This document shows positions 43,058 to 54,054 of a stretch of 64,000 nucleotides of DNA, piece by piece. Numbering within the stretch: the stretch's first letter is position 1; each line of letters opens with the position of its first letter. The notes below the pieces were generated by a model that did no database searches, was not told the origin of the DNA, and was given only the letters and a program-made list of their open reading frames with translations. The DNA is from Actinomycetota bacterium (lineage in GTDB: Bacteria; Actinomycetota; CALGFH01). Made by a program: the position numbers and the translations under genes. The DNA lies in assembly GCA_040414855.1 (NCBI GenBank), contig JBEDUQ010000081.1, positions 2,440 to 66,439 of the forward strand, written 5' to 3'.

Positions 43058-43951
43058 ATGCCGGTGCCGGTTGACGACCAGGCCGTTGGCACGGCCGACC
43101 ACGTCTCGCGGCGGATGTGGCGGGTGTTCGAGCCCTACCACGCCGTCGCCTACTTCGCCGGGGAGGTCCGCCGCGCCACCGACGCGCTCGGCCTCAAGGG
43201 CGGCTGGATGAGCTACTTCGGCACCAGGGCGGCGCCGCTCGGCGCGGTTCCCGCCGAGGTGGTCATCGCGCTCTTCTACAACTTCCACCCCGAGATGGTG
43301 CGGCGCGCGATCCCCGACGCCTGGTCCTACGCCAGCCCCGACGCGCTGCTGCTGGCCCGCCTCGAAGGCGTCGACCAGTCACTGCGGCGGCTGCTCGGGG
43401 CCGAGGTCGCCGCCGGCCCCGAGATCGCCGAGGCGGCCGAGCTGGCACGCGCCGCCGCTGAGGCGACCGGCATCGCTGGCCGCCCGCTCGGTGCCGCCAA
43501 CGCCGCGCTGCCGTGGCCGGCCGAGCCGCACCTGGTGCTGTGGCACGCGACCACCATCCTGCGCGAGGCGCGCGGGGACGGGCACGTCGCCTCGCTGCTC
43601 ACCGCCGGGCTGTCGCCGGCCGAGGCGCTGGTGACCGCGAGCGCCGCCGGCGGCCCGCCGGCCGAGATGCTCCAGACCCACCGCAAGTGGAGCCAGGACG
43701 AGTGGTCGGCCGCAGTCCAGCGGCTCCGCGCCCGTGGCTGGCTCGACGCGGATGGAGCGCTCACCCCGAGCGGCCAGGCCGGCCGTGCCGAGGTCGAGCT
43801 GCGCACCGACGAGCTGGCGCGGCAGCCGTGGGAGGCGATCGGCGAGGCGCGCCGGGCCCGGCTGGCGGCGCTGCTGCTGCCGGTGCGGGAGCGGCTGCTG
43901 GCGGCGGGCGCCTTCCCGGTCCCCAACCCCATGGGCCTGGTCTGGTCCTGA
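43058..43951 (+). CDS. Conserved actinobacterial hypothetical protein (helical; family not confidently recalled)
   Basis: 297 aa. ATG follows GAGGAGG. High GC3. RRMWRVFEPYHAVAYFAGEVRRATDALGLKGGWMSYFGTRAAPLGAV. Confidence 0.7.
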   Translation: MPVPVDDQAVGTADHVSRRMWRVFEPYHAVAYFAGEVRRATDALGLKGGWMSYFGTRAAPLGAVPAEVVIALFYNFHPEMVRRAIPDAWSYASPDALLLARLEGVDQSLRRLLGAEVAAGPEIAEAAELARAAAEATGIAGRPLGAANAALPWPAEPHLVLWHATTILREARGDGHVASLLTAGLSPAEALVTASAAGGPPAEMLQTHRKWSQDEWSAAVQRLRARGWLDADGALTPSGQAGRAEVELRTDELARQPWEAIGEARRARLAALLLPVRERLLAAGAFPVPNPMGLVWS

Positions 43952-44041
43952 CTGGTCCTGACACACCTGGAGCCGTTGACAGCGACGGCTCCCGCGGGTT
44001 ACGCAGGCGCGGGGAAGACGCCGGAGCAGCAAGGGAGCGTC

Positions 44042-45568
44042 ATGGCCGTTCGACGCCCGGAGGAGAACGACCTCCGCAAGATCGCCAGCGAGTTCCACTT
44101 CACCATCCCCGACGACCGTATGCCGGTGGTGCGTGCCCTGGTCGAGGGATTGCTCAGCCCCTACGACCGGCTCGACGAGATCGACGAGGGGATCGAGGCG
44201 CCCCGGTACCCCCGCGACGGCGGGGCCGCGCCGCTCCCCGACGAGAACCCGCTCGGCGCCTGGGCGTGGCGGGTCCGCATCGAGGGCCGGCCGGACGGGC
44301 CGCTGGCCGGCAGGACGATCGCGATCAAGGACAACGTCGCGGTCGCCGGCGTGCCGATGCGCAACGGCACCGTGCTGCTCGACGGCTACACCCCCGACCA
44401 GGACGCGACCGTGGTCGAGCGGGTGCTCGACGCCGGCGCGACCATTCTCGGCAAGGCGGTCTGCGAGAGCCTCTGCTTCTCCGGCGGCAGCCACACCTCC
44501 GACAGCGGCCCGGTCCGCAACCCCTACGACCTCGAACGCAGCGCGGGCGGCTCGTCGAGCGGCTCGGCGGCGCTGGTCGCCGCGGGCGAGGTCGACATGG
44601 CGATCGGCGGCGACCAGGGCGGCTCGGTGCGGATCCCGAGCTGCTGGAGCGGGACCTACGGGCTCAAGCCGACCTGGGGCCTGGTGCCCTACACCGGCGC
44701 GTTCCCGATCGAGTCGTCGCTCGACCACCTCGGCCCGATGGCCAGGTCGACCCGCGACGTCGCCCTCCTGCTCCAGGCGATCGCCGGCCCCGACGGGCTC
44801 GACCCGCGCCAGCACGCGGGCCTCGCCCCGGCCGACTACGCCGGCGCGCTCGGCGGCGGCGCCGGCGGGCTGCGGCTCGCCGTGGTCCGCGAGGGCTTCG
44901 GCATCCAGGGCCTCTCCGAGCCGGACGTCGACGAGGCCGTGCGGCTGGCCGGCCGCGCCTTCGCCGCGCTGGGCGCCAAGGTCGAGGAGGTCTCGATCCC
45001 CTGGCACCGCGACGCGATGCCGGTGTGGAACGCGGTCGCGCTCGAAGGCGCCACCGCGATCATGGTCGCGGGCGAGAGCATGGCCCACGGCGGCAAGGGC
45101 CGCTACTCGACCGGGCTGGTCGACGCCTTCGGCGCCGGGCGGCGCGCCAACGGCCAGCGGCTCTCCGAGACGGTCAAGCTCACCGTGCTCGCCGGCCGCT
45201 GGATGTCCGAGGCGCACGCCGGGCGCTACTACGCCAAGGCCCAGAACCTCGCGCGCACGGCGGCCGCCGCCTACGACGCGGTGCTCGGCGAGTTCGACCT
45301 GCTGCTGATGCCGACGCTGCCGCTCAAGGCGACCAGGATCCCGGCGCCCGACGCGCCGCTCGAGGAGCAGGTCGCACGGGCGCTGGAGATGATCCCCAAC
45401 ACCGCGCCGTTCGACGTCACCGGCCACCCCGCCATGAACGTGCCCTGCGCCATGTCGGACGGCCTGCCGGTGGGGATGATGCTGGTCGGGCGGCACGGCG
45501 ACGAGCGGACCATCCTGCGCGCCGCCGACGCCTACGAGGGCGAGGTCTGGAGCCCGCCCGCGCCGTGA
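44042..45568 (+). CDS. Amidase (amidase-signature family)
   Basis: In ORF 43976..45568. ATG at 44042 follows GGGAG. AS motif GGSSSGSAALVAAGEVDMAIGGDQGGSVRIPSCWSG with a Ser-cisSer-Lys context. Confidence 0.93.
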   Translation: MAVRRPEENDLRKIASEFHFTIPDDRMPVVRALVEGLLSPYDRLDEIDEGIEAPRYPRDGGAAPLPDENPLGAWAWRVRIEGRPDGPLAGRTIAIKDNVAVAGVPMRNGTVLLDGYTPDQDATVVERVLDAGATILGKAVCESLCFSGGSHTSDSGPVRNPYDLERSAGGSSSGSAALVAAGEVDMAIGGDQGGSVRIPSCWSGTYGLKPTWGLVPYTGAFPIESSLDHLGPMARSTRDVALLLQAIAGPDGLDPRQHAGLAPADYAGALGGGAGGLRLAVVREGFGIQGLSEPDVDEAVRLAGRAFAALGAKVEEVSIPWHRDAMPVWNAVALEGATAIMVAGESMAHGGKGRYSTGLVDAFGAGRRANGQRLSETVKLTVLAGRWMSEAHAGRYYAKAQNLARTAAAAYDAVLGEFDLLLMPTLPLKATRIPAPDAPLEEQVARALEMIPNTAPFDVTGHPAMNVPCAMSDGLPVGMMLVGRHGDERTILRAADAYEGEVWSPPAP

Positions 45569-45633
45569 GCCCGCCCGCGCCGTGAGCCTGCCCGCGCCGT
45601 GAGGGCGCCCGCGCGTGAGGCTGCCGCCCCATG
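45551..45633. repeat. 17-bp tandem repeat (AGCCCGCCCGCGCCGTG), ~5 increasingly degenerate copies, including the amidase stop codon
   Basis: 45551-45567 equals 45568-45584. 45585-45601 has 1 mismatch. Two further 16-nt degenerate units follow. Each unit boundary reads GTGA or ATGA. Confidence 0.85.
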
Positions 45634-45749
45634 AGCCCGGCCGGACCGCCGGCGCAGGTCGAAGCGGGCGGCATACTCCCCGCGGAGTAGGCGCGATCGC
45701 CGTCCCCGGGCCGATGACGGCGCTGCCCGGGCTGCCCTACGCTGCTTGC

Positions 45750-46961
45750 ATGTGGGCAGACGACGCCAGTTGGGGACACCGGGCCGGGCCGCGATGGGGC
45801 TGGCTGTACCCGCGTATCGACATTCTCCCCGCGCTGATCATCGGCGTGATCCAGGTGGTCGGGACCACCTTCGCCGGCCACCACCAGACGGGGCGGACCT
45901 CGCTCGACGCGCTCGGCTACCTGCTGCTCTCGCTCGGGCCCCTGGCGCTGGTCTTCCGGCGCCGCTGGCCGGTCCAGGTGCTCGGCTTCGCGATCGCGGT
46001 CACGCTCGCCTACACGCTGCTCAAATACCCCAACGGCCCGATCTGGCTGGTCCTGATCCTGGCCCTGTTCACGGTCATGATCCGTGGCTACCGGCTGGCC
46101 GCATGGATCGGGGTCGTGATCGGCTACCTCGCCTTTGGCTGGCTCGGCGCGCTGATCGGCACCGAGCGGGCCCCGAGCCTGGCGCAGGCGCTCGGGGTGG
46201 CCGCCTGGCTGCTGGTGATCGCCACGGTCGCCGAGATCGTCAGGGCCAGGCGCGAGCGCGCCAGGGAGGACGCTCGGATGCGCGCCGAGGAGCAGCGCCG
46301 CCGCGCCAGCGAGGAGCGTCTGCGGATCGCCCGCGAGCTGCACGACGTGCTCGCCCACAACATCTCGCTGATCAACGTGCAGGCGGGCGTCGCGCTCCAC
46401 CTGATCGACCAGCAGCCCGACCAGGCCAGGACCGCGCTGGCCGCGATCAAGCAGGCCAGCAAGGAGGCGCTGGGCGAGCTTCGCTCGGTGCTGAGCGTGC
46501 TGCGGGCGGTCGACGAGACCGCGCCGCGCGCCCCCGCGCCCAGCGTCGCCCGTCTCGACACGCTGGTCGCCAACGCCTCGGCGGCAGGGCTCCAGGTCCG
46601 CACCGAGGTCGACGGCACGCCGCGGCCGCTGCCGGCCGGCGTCGACCTCGCCGCCTTCCGGATCGTCCAGGAGGCGCTCACCAACGTGACCAGGCACGCC
46701 GGCCCGGCGACCGCGACCATCACGGTCGCCTACTCCGACAACGACCTCACCGTCCAGGTCGACGACAACGGCAACGGCACCGGCCAGCCCGGCACCTCCG
46801 GGGGCGGCAACGGCATCCCTGGCATGCGCGAGCGCGCCAGCGCCATCGGCGGCGAGCTGGAGGCGGGCCCCAGGGCCGGCGGCGGCTTCCGCGTGCGCGC
46901 CAGGCTGCCCCTGAACGGCGCCGGCCAGACAGGCCAGACAGGCCAGAAGGGAGCCTCGTGA
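45750..46961 (+). CDS. Sensor histidine kinase (HisKA_3 type)
   Basis: In ORF 45615..46961. ATG at 45750. H-box RIARELHDVLAHNISLI. HATPase (GIPGMRERA). C-terminal GQTGQTGQK from a 9-bp triplet repeat. Confidence 0.9.
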   Translation: MWADDASWGHRAGPRWGWLYPRIDILPALIIGVIQVVGTTFAGHHQTGRTSLDALGYLLLSLGPLALVFRRRWPVQVLGFAIAVTLAYTLLKYPNGPIWLVLILALFTVMIRGYRLAAWIGVVIGYLAFGWLGALIGTERAPSLAQALGVAAWLLVIATVAEIVRARRERAREDARMRAEEQRRRASEERLRIARELHDVLAHNISLINVQAGVALHLIDQQPDQARTALAAIKQASKEALGELRSVLSVLRAVDETAPRAPAPSVARLDTLVANASAAGLQVRTEVDGTPRPLPAGVDLAAFRIVQEALTNVTRHAGPATATITVAYSDNDLTVQVDDNGNGTGQPGTSGGGNGIPGMRERASAIGGELEAGPRAGGGFRVRARLPLNGAGQTGQTGQKGAS

Positions 46962-47647
46962 GCTCGCAAGACGGAGCCGGGACCATCCGCGTCCTGCTCG
47001 CCGACGACCAGGTGCTGGTCCGCGCCGGGTTCAAGTCGCTGCTGGACGCGCAGCCGGGCATCGAGGTGGTCGGCGAGGCCAGCGACGGCGAGGAGGCGGT
47101 CCGGCTCGCCCGCGAGCTGGTCCCCGACGTGGTGCTCATGGACATCCGCATGCCGGGGATGGACGGCCTGGAGGCCACCCGCGAGATCGCCGCCGACCAG
47201 CGCCTCGACGCGGTGAAGATCATCATCCTCACCACCTTCGACCTCGACGAGTACGTCTTCGAGGCGCTGCGGGTGGGCGCCGGCGGCTTCCTGGTCAAGG
47301 ACACCGAGCCGGTCGAGCTGATCCACGGCGTCCGCGCGGTCGCGCAGGGCGATGCGCTGCTGTCGCCCGGCGTCACCAGGCGCCTGATCGCCGAGTTCGC
47401 GGCGCGCGCCAAGGAGCCGATGCCCGAGATGCGACTGGACGCGCTCACCGACCGCGAGCGCGAGGTGATGGCGCTGGTCGCCGCGGGCCTGTCGAACGAG
47501 CAGATTGCCGAGCGCCTGGTGGTCAGCCCGGCCACCGCCAAGACGCACGTCAGCCGGGCGATGGTCAAGCTCAACGCCCGCGACCGCGCCCAGCTGGTGG
47601 TGTTCGCCTACGAGTCCGGCCTGGTCAGGCCCGGCTGGCTGGAGTAG
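46958..47647 (+). CDS. NarL/LuxR-family response regulator
   Basis: In frame with ORF 45746..47647. GTG at 46958 overlaps the kinase stop (GTGA). REC IRVLLADDQVLVRAGF...DVVLMDIRMPGMDG. HTH LTDREREVMALVAAGLSNEQIAERLVVSPATAKTH. Confidence 0.93.
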   Translation: MSSQDGAGTIRVLLADDQVLVRAGFKSLLDAQPGIEVVGEASDGEEAVRLARELVPDVVLMDIRMPGMDGLEATREIAADQRLDAVKIIILTTFDLDEYVFEALRVGAGGFLVKDTEPVELIHGVRAVAQGDALLSPGVTRRLIAEFAARAKEPMPEMRLDALTDREREVMALVAAGLSNEQIAERLVVSPATAKTHVSRAMVKLNARDRAQLVVFAYESGLVRPGWLE

Positions 47648-47784
47648 GCCTACGCCCGTCGTCGTACACCGGCTGCGCCGGCTGCTCCCCCCAGCCGAGC
47701 GGGCGGTTCGCCCCTCGGAGGACGACGCAAACGCCGTGATCCTGGGAAGATGCGGGCGAACCATGAGAACCATCAGCGAACGCT

Positions 47785-48204
47785 GTGACGCGACCGATGG
47801 AGGCAGTGACCTTGAGCAGAACCGTGAGCATCGCGCGAGGCATCATTCGAGGGGCCCTGATCGTGCAGCTGGTGCTCGGCACGCTCTTCTGGACCGGCAA
47901 CGCGACCTCGCTGACCGACCTCCACCAGCTCATCGGCATCGTGCTGGTGATCTCGCTCGAGGTCGTGGTGTTCGCGGCCGCGCGGGCCGGCGTCGACCGC
48001 GGGCTGGTGGCGCTCGCCGGCGTCTGGGGCATCATCGTGGTCGTGCTCGGCCTGTCGCAGCAGAACATCCTCACGGGCTCCGCCCACTGGGTGATCCAGG
48101 TCCTGCACCTGCTGGTCGGGCTCGCCGCCGTCGGCTTCTCCGAGGCGCTCGCCGGCCGCATCGAGCGGCAGGGCACCGCGCAGCGCGAGCCGCGCCTGTC
48201 CTGA
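47785..48204 (+). CDS. Small membrane protein, unknown function (4 hydrophobic segments)
   Basis: 139 aa ORF. Start is uncertain (GTG 47785, ATG 47797, or TTG 47812 after GGAGG). GALIVQLVLGTLFW, LIGIVLVISLEVVVFAAA, LAGVWGIIVVVLGL, VIQVLHLLVGLAAVGF. Confidence 0.6.
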   Translation: MTRPMEAVTLSRTVSIARGIIRGALIVQLVLGTLFWTGNATSLTDLHQLIGIVLVISLEVVVFAAARAGVDRGLVALAGVWGIIVVVLGLSQQNILTGSAHWVIQVLHLLVGLAAVGFSEALAGRIERQGTAQREPRLS

Positions 48205-48277
48205 GCCGCGCGCGGGCGCGTCCTCGGCCTCCCCGCCTGGCATGATCGGGGACAGCCGCCGACCGAGGAGCGCAGCC

Positions 48278-49237
48278 ATGGCCAGAGTTCTGGTGACCCG
48301 CCAGCTTCCCAGCGGAGGGCTGGACCCACTCGAAGGGCACGAGCTGGTCCAGCGGCCGGACGACCGGCCGTTCAGCCACAAGGAGCTGGTCGCGGCGGTC
48401 GCTGACGTGAACGCGGTCGTGTGCCTGCTCACCGACCGGATCGACGCCGAGGTGATCGGCGCGGCGCCGAGGCTGGCGGTGGTCGGCAACGTCGCGGTCG
48501 GCTACGACAACGTCGACGTGGCCGCCGCGGCGGCCGCTGGCGTGGCCGTCTGCAACACCCCAGGGGTGCTGGACGAGACCACCGCCGATCTCGCCTTCGG
48601 GCTGATCCTGGCGGCGTCGCGACTGTTCGGCGAGGCCGAGCGCGACCTGCGCGGCGGCCGCTGGCACGGCTGGGGCATCAACCAGTACCTCGGCCGCGAC
48701 GTTCACGGCGCCACCCTGGGGCTGGTCGGGTACGGTCGCATCGGTCGGGCGGTCGCGCGGCGCGCGGCCGGGTTCGGCATGCGGGTGCTCCACCACACCC
48801 CCACCCCGAACGGCGAGCCCGGCCACGTCGCCTCGCTCGACGAGCTGCTCGGAGCGGCGGACGTGGTCAGCCTCCACGTCCCGCTCTCCGATGCGACCAG
48901 ACACCTCATCGGCCGCCGCGAGCTGGAGCTGATGAAGCCGAGCGCCGTGCTCGTCAACACCGCCCGCGGCCCGGTCGTCGACGAGGAGGCCCTGGCCGAG
49001 GCGCTCGAGTCGGGCAGGATCTTTGCCGCCGGCATCGACGTCTACGAGCGCGAGCCCGAGGTGTCCCCCCGGCTGCTCGCCGCGCCGCGCACGGTCCTGC
49101 TCCCCCACGTCGGGAGCGGGTCGATCCAGACGCGCACCGCCATGGCCCGCACCGCCGCGGAAGGCGTTCGCGCGGTCCTCGCCGGCGAGCGCCCACCCAA
49201 CCTGGTCCCTCCACCCGCCCGAGCGGAAGGTGCGTAA
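48278..49237 (+). CDS. D-isomer-specific 2-hydroxyacid dehydrogenase (glyoxylate/hydroxypyruvate reductase-like)
   Basis: In ORF 48242..49237. ATG at 48278 follows GAGGAG. NAD motif GLVGYGRIGRAVARR. Catalytic region NTARG...D and LLPHVGS. Confidence 0.92.
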   Translation: MARVLVTRQLPSGGLDPLEGHELVQRPDDRPFSHKELVAAVADVNAVVCLLTDRIDAEVIGAAPRLAVVGNVAVGYDNVDVAAAAAAGVAVCNTPGVLDETTADLAFGLILAASRLFGEAERDLRGGRWHGWGINQYLGRDVHGATLGLVGYGRIGRAVARRAAGFGMRVLHHTPTPNGEPGHVASLDELLGAADVVSLHVPLSDATRHLIGRRELELMKPSAVLVNTARGPVVDEEALAEALESGRIFAAGIDVYEREPEVSPRLLAAPRTVLLPHVGSGSIQTRTAMARTAAEGVRAVLAGERPPNLVPPPARAEGA

Positions 49238-49352
49238 GCCCTGTCGACTGGCGCATACCACATCCCGCATAATGTGGGCGCAGGCGGCAAACTGAACAAG
49301 CTTGCCTAGCCGGCGATGGAGCGCATGAGCGGGCGATGGCCTGGGGGACCCA

Positions 49353-50006
49353 GTGATCGCACCCGAGGACCTGGCGGCGCTGCGCGACGGTGTGCTGCGC
49401 TCGCACGACCAGTGCCGGAGCATGGAGCCCACGCCCCGGAGCATGCGCATGCACCATCGGCTGCGGCGGTTCCACCTGTCGTGGCTTGCGGCCCCTTGGA
49501 TTGTGGTGGACATCGCGCGACTGTTCCTGCCCGCCGTTCGGGGGCGCCCCGTCCTCCCCTGGGACCAGGAGGCGGTGCGCCTGTACCGGCGGCTCAGTGG
49601 CAAGGACCCCGAGGTGGCACGCGCCGAGGTGGTGCGGATCGGTGGACAGCTCCGCGAGCTCGACGAGCGGCTCCGCGACCCGTACGGGGAACGGTCCGCC
49701 GCGCCACGCGGCGCCGACCCGGGCGAGCTGCAGGCCGCTCTGGACGCGCTGCTCGGCTACTACCTTGCGGGGCGCCGGACCGACGACAAGCTGCTGGCGC
49801 GGGTCGAAGCGGCCTGGACCGACTACGAGGAGCTGACCGAGCAGCTACTCGAGGGTGTCACCGAACGCGGATTGTCTCACCGTGGCCGCCGCGAGCGGAG
49901 AGTCGACGAGCAGCTCGGCGAGGAACTCCACGCGGCGGCCGACCGCTACCGCGTTGCGTGGCGGCAGTGGCTGGACCGACGAGACCCCTTGACCCTCCTA
50001 CCGTGA
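49353..50006 (+). CDS. Hypothetical protein (217 aa, Arg/Glu/Leu-rich, helical)
   Basis: GTG start. GC3 is high, but several rare codons are visible (cta, aga, tct, ttg, att). No recognisable family motif. Confidence 0.5.
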   Translation: MIAPEDLAALRDGVLRSHDQCRSMEPTPRSMRMHHRLRRFHLSWLAAPWIVVDIARLFLPAVRGRPVLPWDQEAVRLYRRLSGKDPEVARAEVVRIGGQLRELDERLRDPYGERSAAPRGADPGELQAALDALLGYYLAGRRTDDKLLARVEAAWTDYEELTEQLLEGVTERGLSHRGRRERRVDEQLGEELHAAADRYRVAWRQWLDRRDPLTLLP

Positions 50007-50016
50007 TGCCAGTCCC

Positions 50017-52932
<2,916 letters not shown>

Positions 52933-52974
52933 GGTGGAGGCTCCTCGGCTCCGCGCACATGGGCGCGCTTGGTC

Positions 52975-53180
52975 AGCCTCCCCCTCTGTCGCCGGGACCT
53001 GAGAGCTTCACCGCTGTCCGTGGGGACCTCGGCTTGCACCTTCGGTGAGGCGGCACCCACTGCATCCGCCTGCTTTCCAGAGTTGCCTCGCCCGGGCGGT
53101 CGCCTGTGCCTGAGAGGTTCCGGGGAGCGTTGCCCCTTCGGCGCCCCGCGCTGGCCGCGTGGGGGCTCTCCCGCCTGGGG
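52975..53180 (-). promoter_or_regulatory. Tandem glycine riboswitch (two aptamers) in the gcvP leader
   Basis: Minus strand reads GCGGGAGAGCCCCCACGCGGCCAGCGCGGGGCGCCGAAGGGGCAACGCTCCCCGGAACCTCTCAGGCACAGGCGACCGCC...GGCAACTCTGGAAAGCAGGCGGATGCAGTGGGTGCCGCCTCACCGAAGGTGCAAGCCGAGGTCCCCACGGACAGCGGTGAAGCTCTCAGGTCCCGGCGACAGAGGGGG. Both aptamers carry the GGAGAG/CTCTGGAAAG ... CCGAAGG(G/T)GCAA ... CTCTCAGG ... GAC core elements. Confidence 0.9.
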
Positions 53181-53289
53181 TCCACAGCGAGGCCACGGTA
53201 GTGCCGAGTCCCCGAACTGGTCAAGACGACGCCGGGGCCGGTCCTGGCGGCATTGAAACACCCCAGCTTGTCCGGTTTTGTAGCGATCT

Positions 53290-54054
53290 CTAACGGCTGC
53301 TGCCGAAGTCGCAGAGGTCGCGCAGGACGCAGGTGCCGCAGGCGGGGCGCTGCGCCTTGCAGACCGTGCGGCCGTGGGCGATCAGCGCCACGTGGAGGTC
53401 GTAGCGGATCTCAGGCGGCACGAGAGGGCCGAGGACCTGGTGGGCGCGCTCGGCGGTCGCGCCCGGCGGGATCCAGCCGAGCCGGGCGGTGATGCGGTGG
53501 ACGTGGGTGTCGATCGGGAACGCCGCCCTTCCCATCGAGAAGACCAGCACGCACGCCGCGGTCTTGGGACCGACTCCCGGCAGCGAGGTCAGGTACTCCT
53601 CGACCTCCTGGTCGCCGAGCGTGTCGAGGCGGCCGAGGTCGATGCGCCCCTCGCGCTCCTCGATGGTTGCCAGGATCCGCTGGATCCGCACGGCCTTCTG
53701 GTCGGCGATGCCGCCGGCGCGGATGGCGTCCGCGACCTCGGTGGGCGGCGCGTCCGCGACCTCCTCCCAGGTCGGGAAGCGCCGCTTCAGGTTCGCGAAC
53801 GCCCGGCCCGAGTTGACGTCGGAGGTGTGCTGCGACAGCACGGTGGCGACCACCTCGTCGATCGGTGGCAGCACCGGCTTGGGCTCGAACGGGCCCTGCT
53901 GCCGCCGCAGCCGCCGCCACACCGCCCGGATACGCCGGACGCTCGGCGGGGGGAAGGCCGCGTGGAGCCCGGGCGCGGCCGCACGGCCCGGCACGACCTC
54001 TCCGCCCGGCGAGGCGGCCAGGTTGCGGCGCGGGGCGGCGGGCGCCGTGCTCAC
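53290..54054 (-). CDS. nth: Endonuclease III-like HhH-GPD DNA glycosylase with 4Fe-4S cluster loop
   Basis: C-terminal part of ORF 53290..55167. HhH LPGVGPKTAACVL, catalytic-Asp region FPIDTHVHRI, FeS motif CKAQRPACGTCVLRDLC. GTG at 54054 overlaps the upstream gene stop (GTGA). Confidence 0.85.
   Translation of the reverse strand: MSTAPAAPRRNLAASPGGEVVPGRAAAPGLHAAFPPPSVRRIRAVWRRLRRQQGPFEPKPVLPPIDEVVATVLSQHTSDVNSGRAFANLKRRFPTWEEVADAPPTEVADAIRAGGIADQKAVRIQRILATIEEREGRIDLGRLDTLGDQEVEEYLTSLPGVGPKTAACVLVFSMGRAAFPIDTHVHRITARLGWIPPGATAERAHQVLGPLVPPEIRYDLHVALIAHGRTVCKAQRPACGTCVLRDLCDFGSSR

Noticed and set aside
42291-45633. Possible CRISPR array or other spacer-repeat structure in the tandem repeats at 42291 and 45551.
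   Set aside because: The repeats are strictly head-to-tail with no unique spacers. The units are 17-34 bp, only 3-5 copies are present, and no cas genes lie in the window.
46921-46950. 9-bp triplet repeat GGCCAGACA x2 plus GGCCAGAAG, encoding GQTGQTGQK at the kinase C-terminus.
   Set aside because: It is a short in-frame microsatellite at a disordered tail, and it also supplies the GGGAG RBS for the downstream regulator. There is no evidence of function beyond that.
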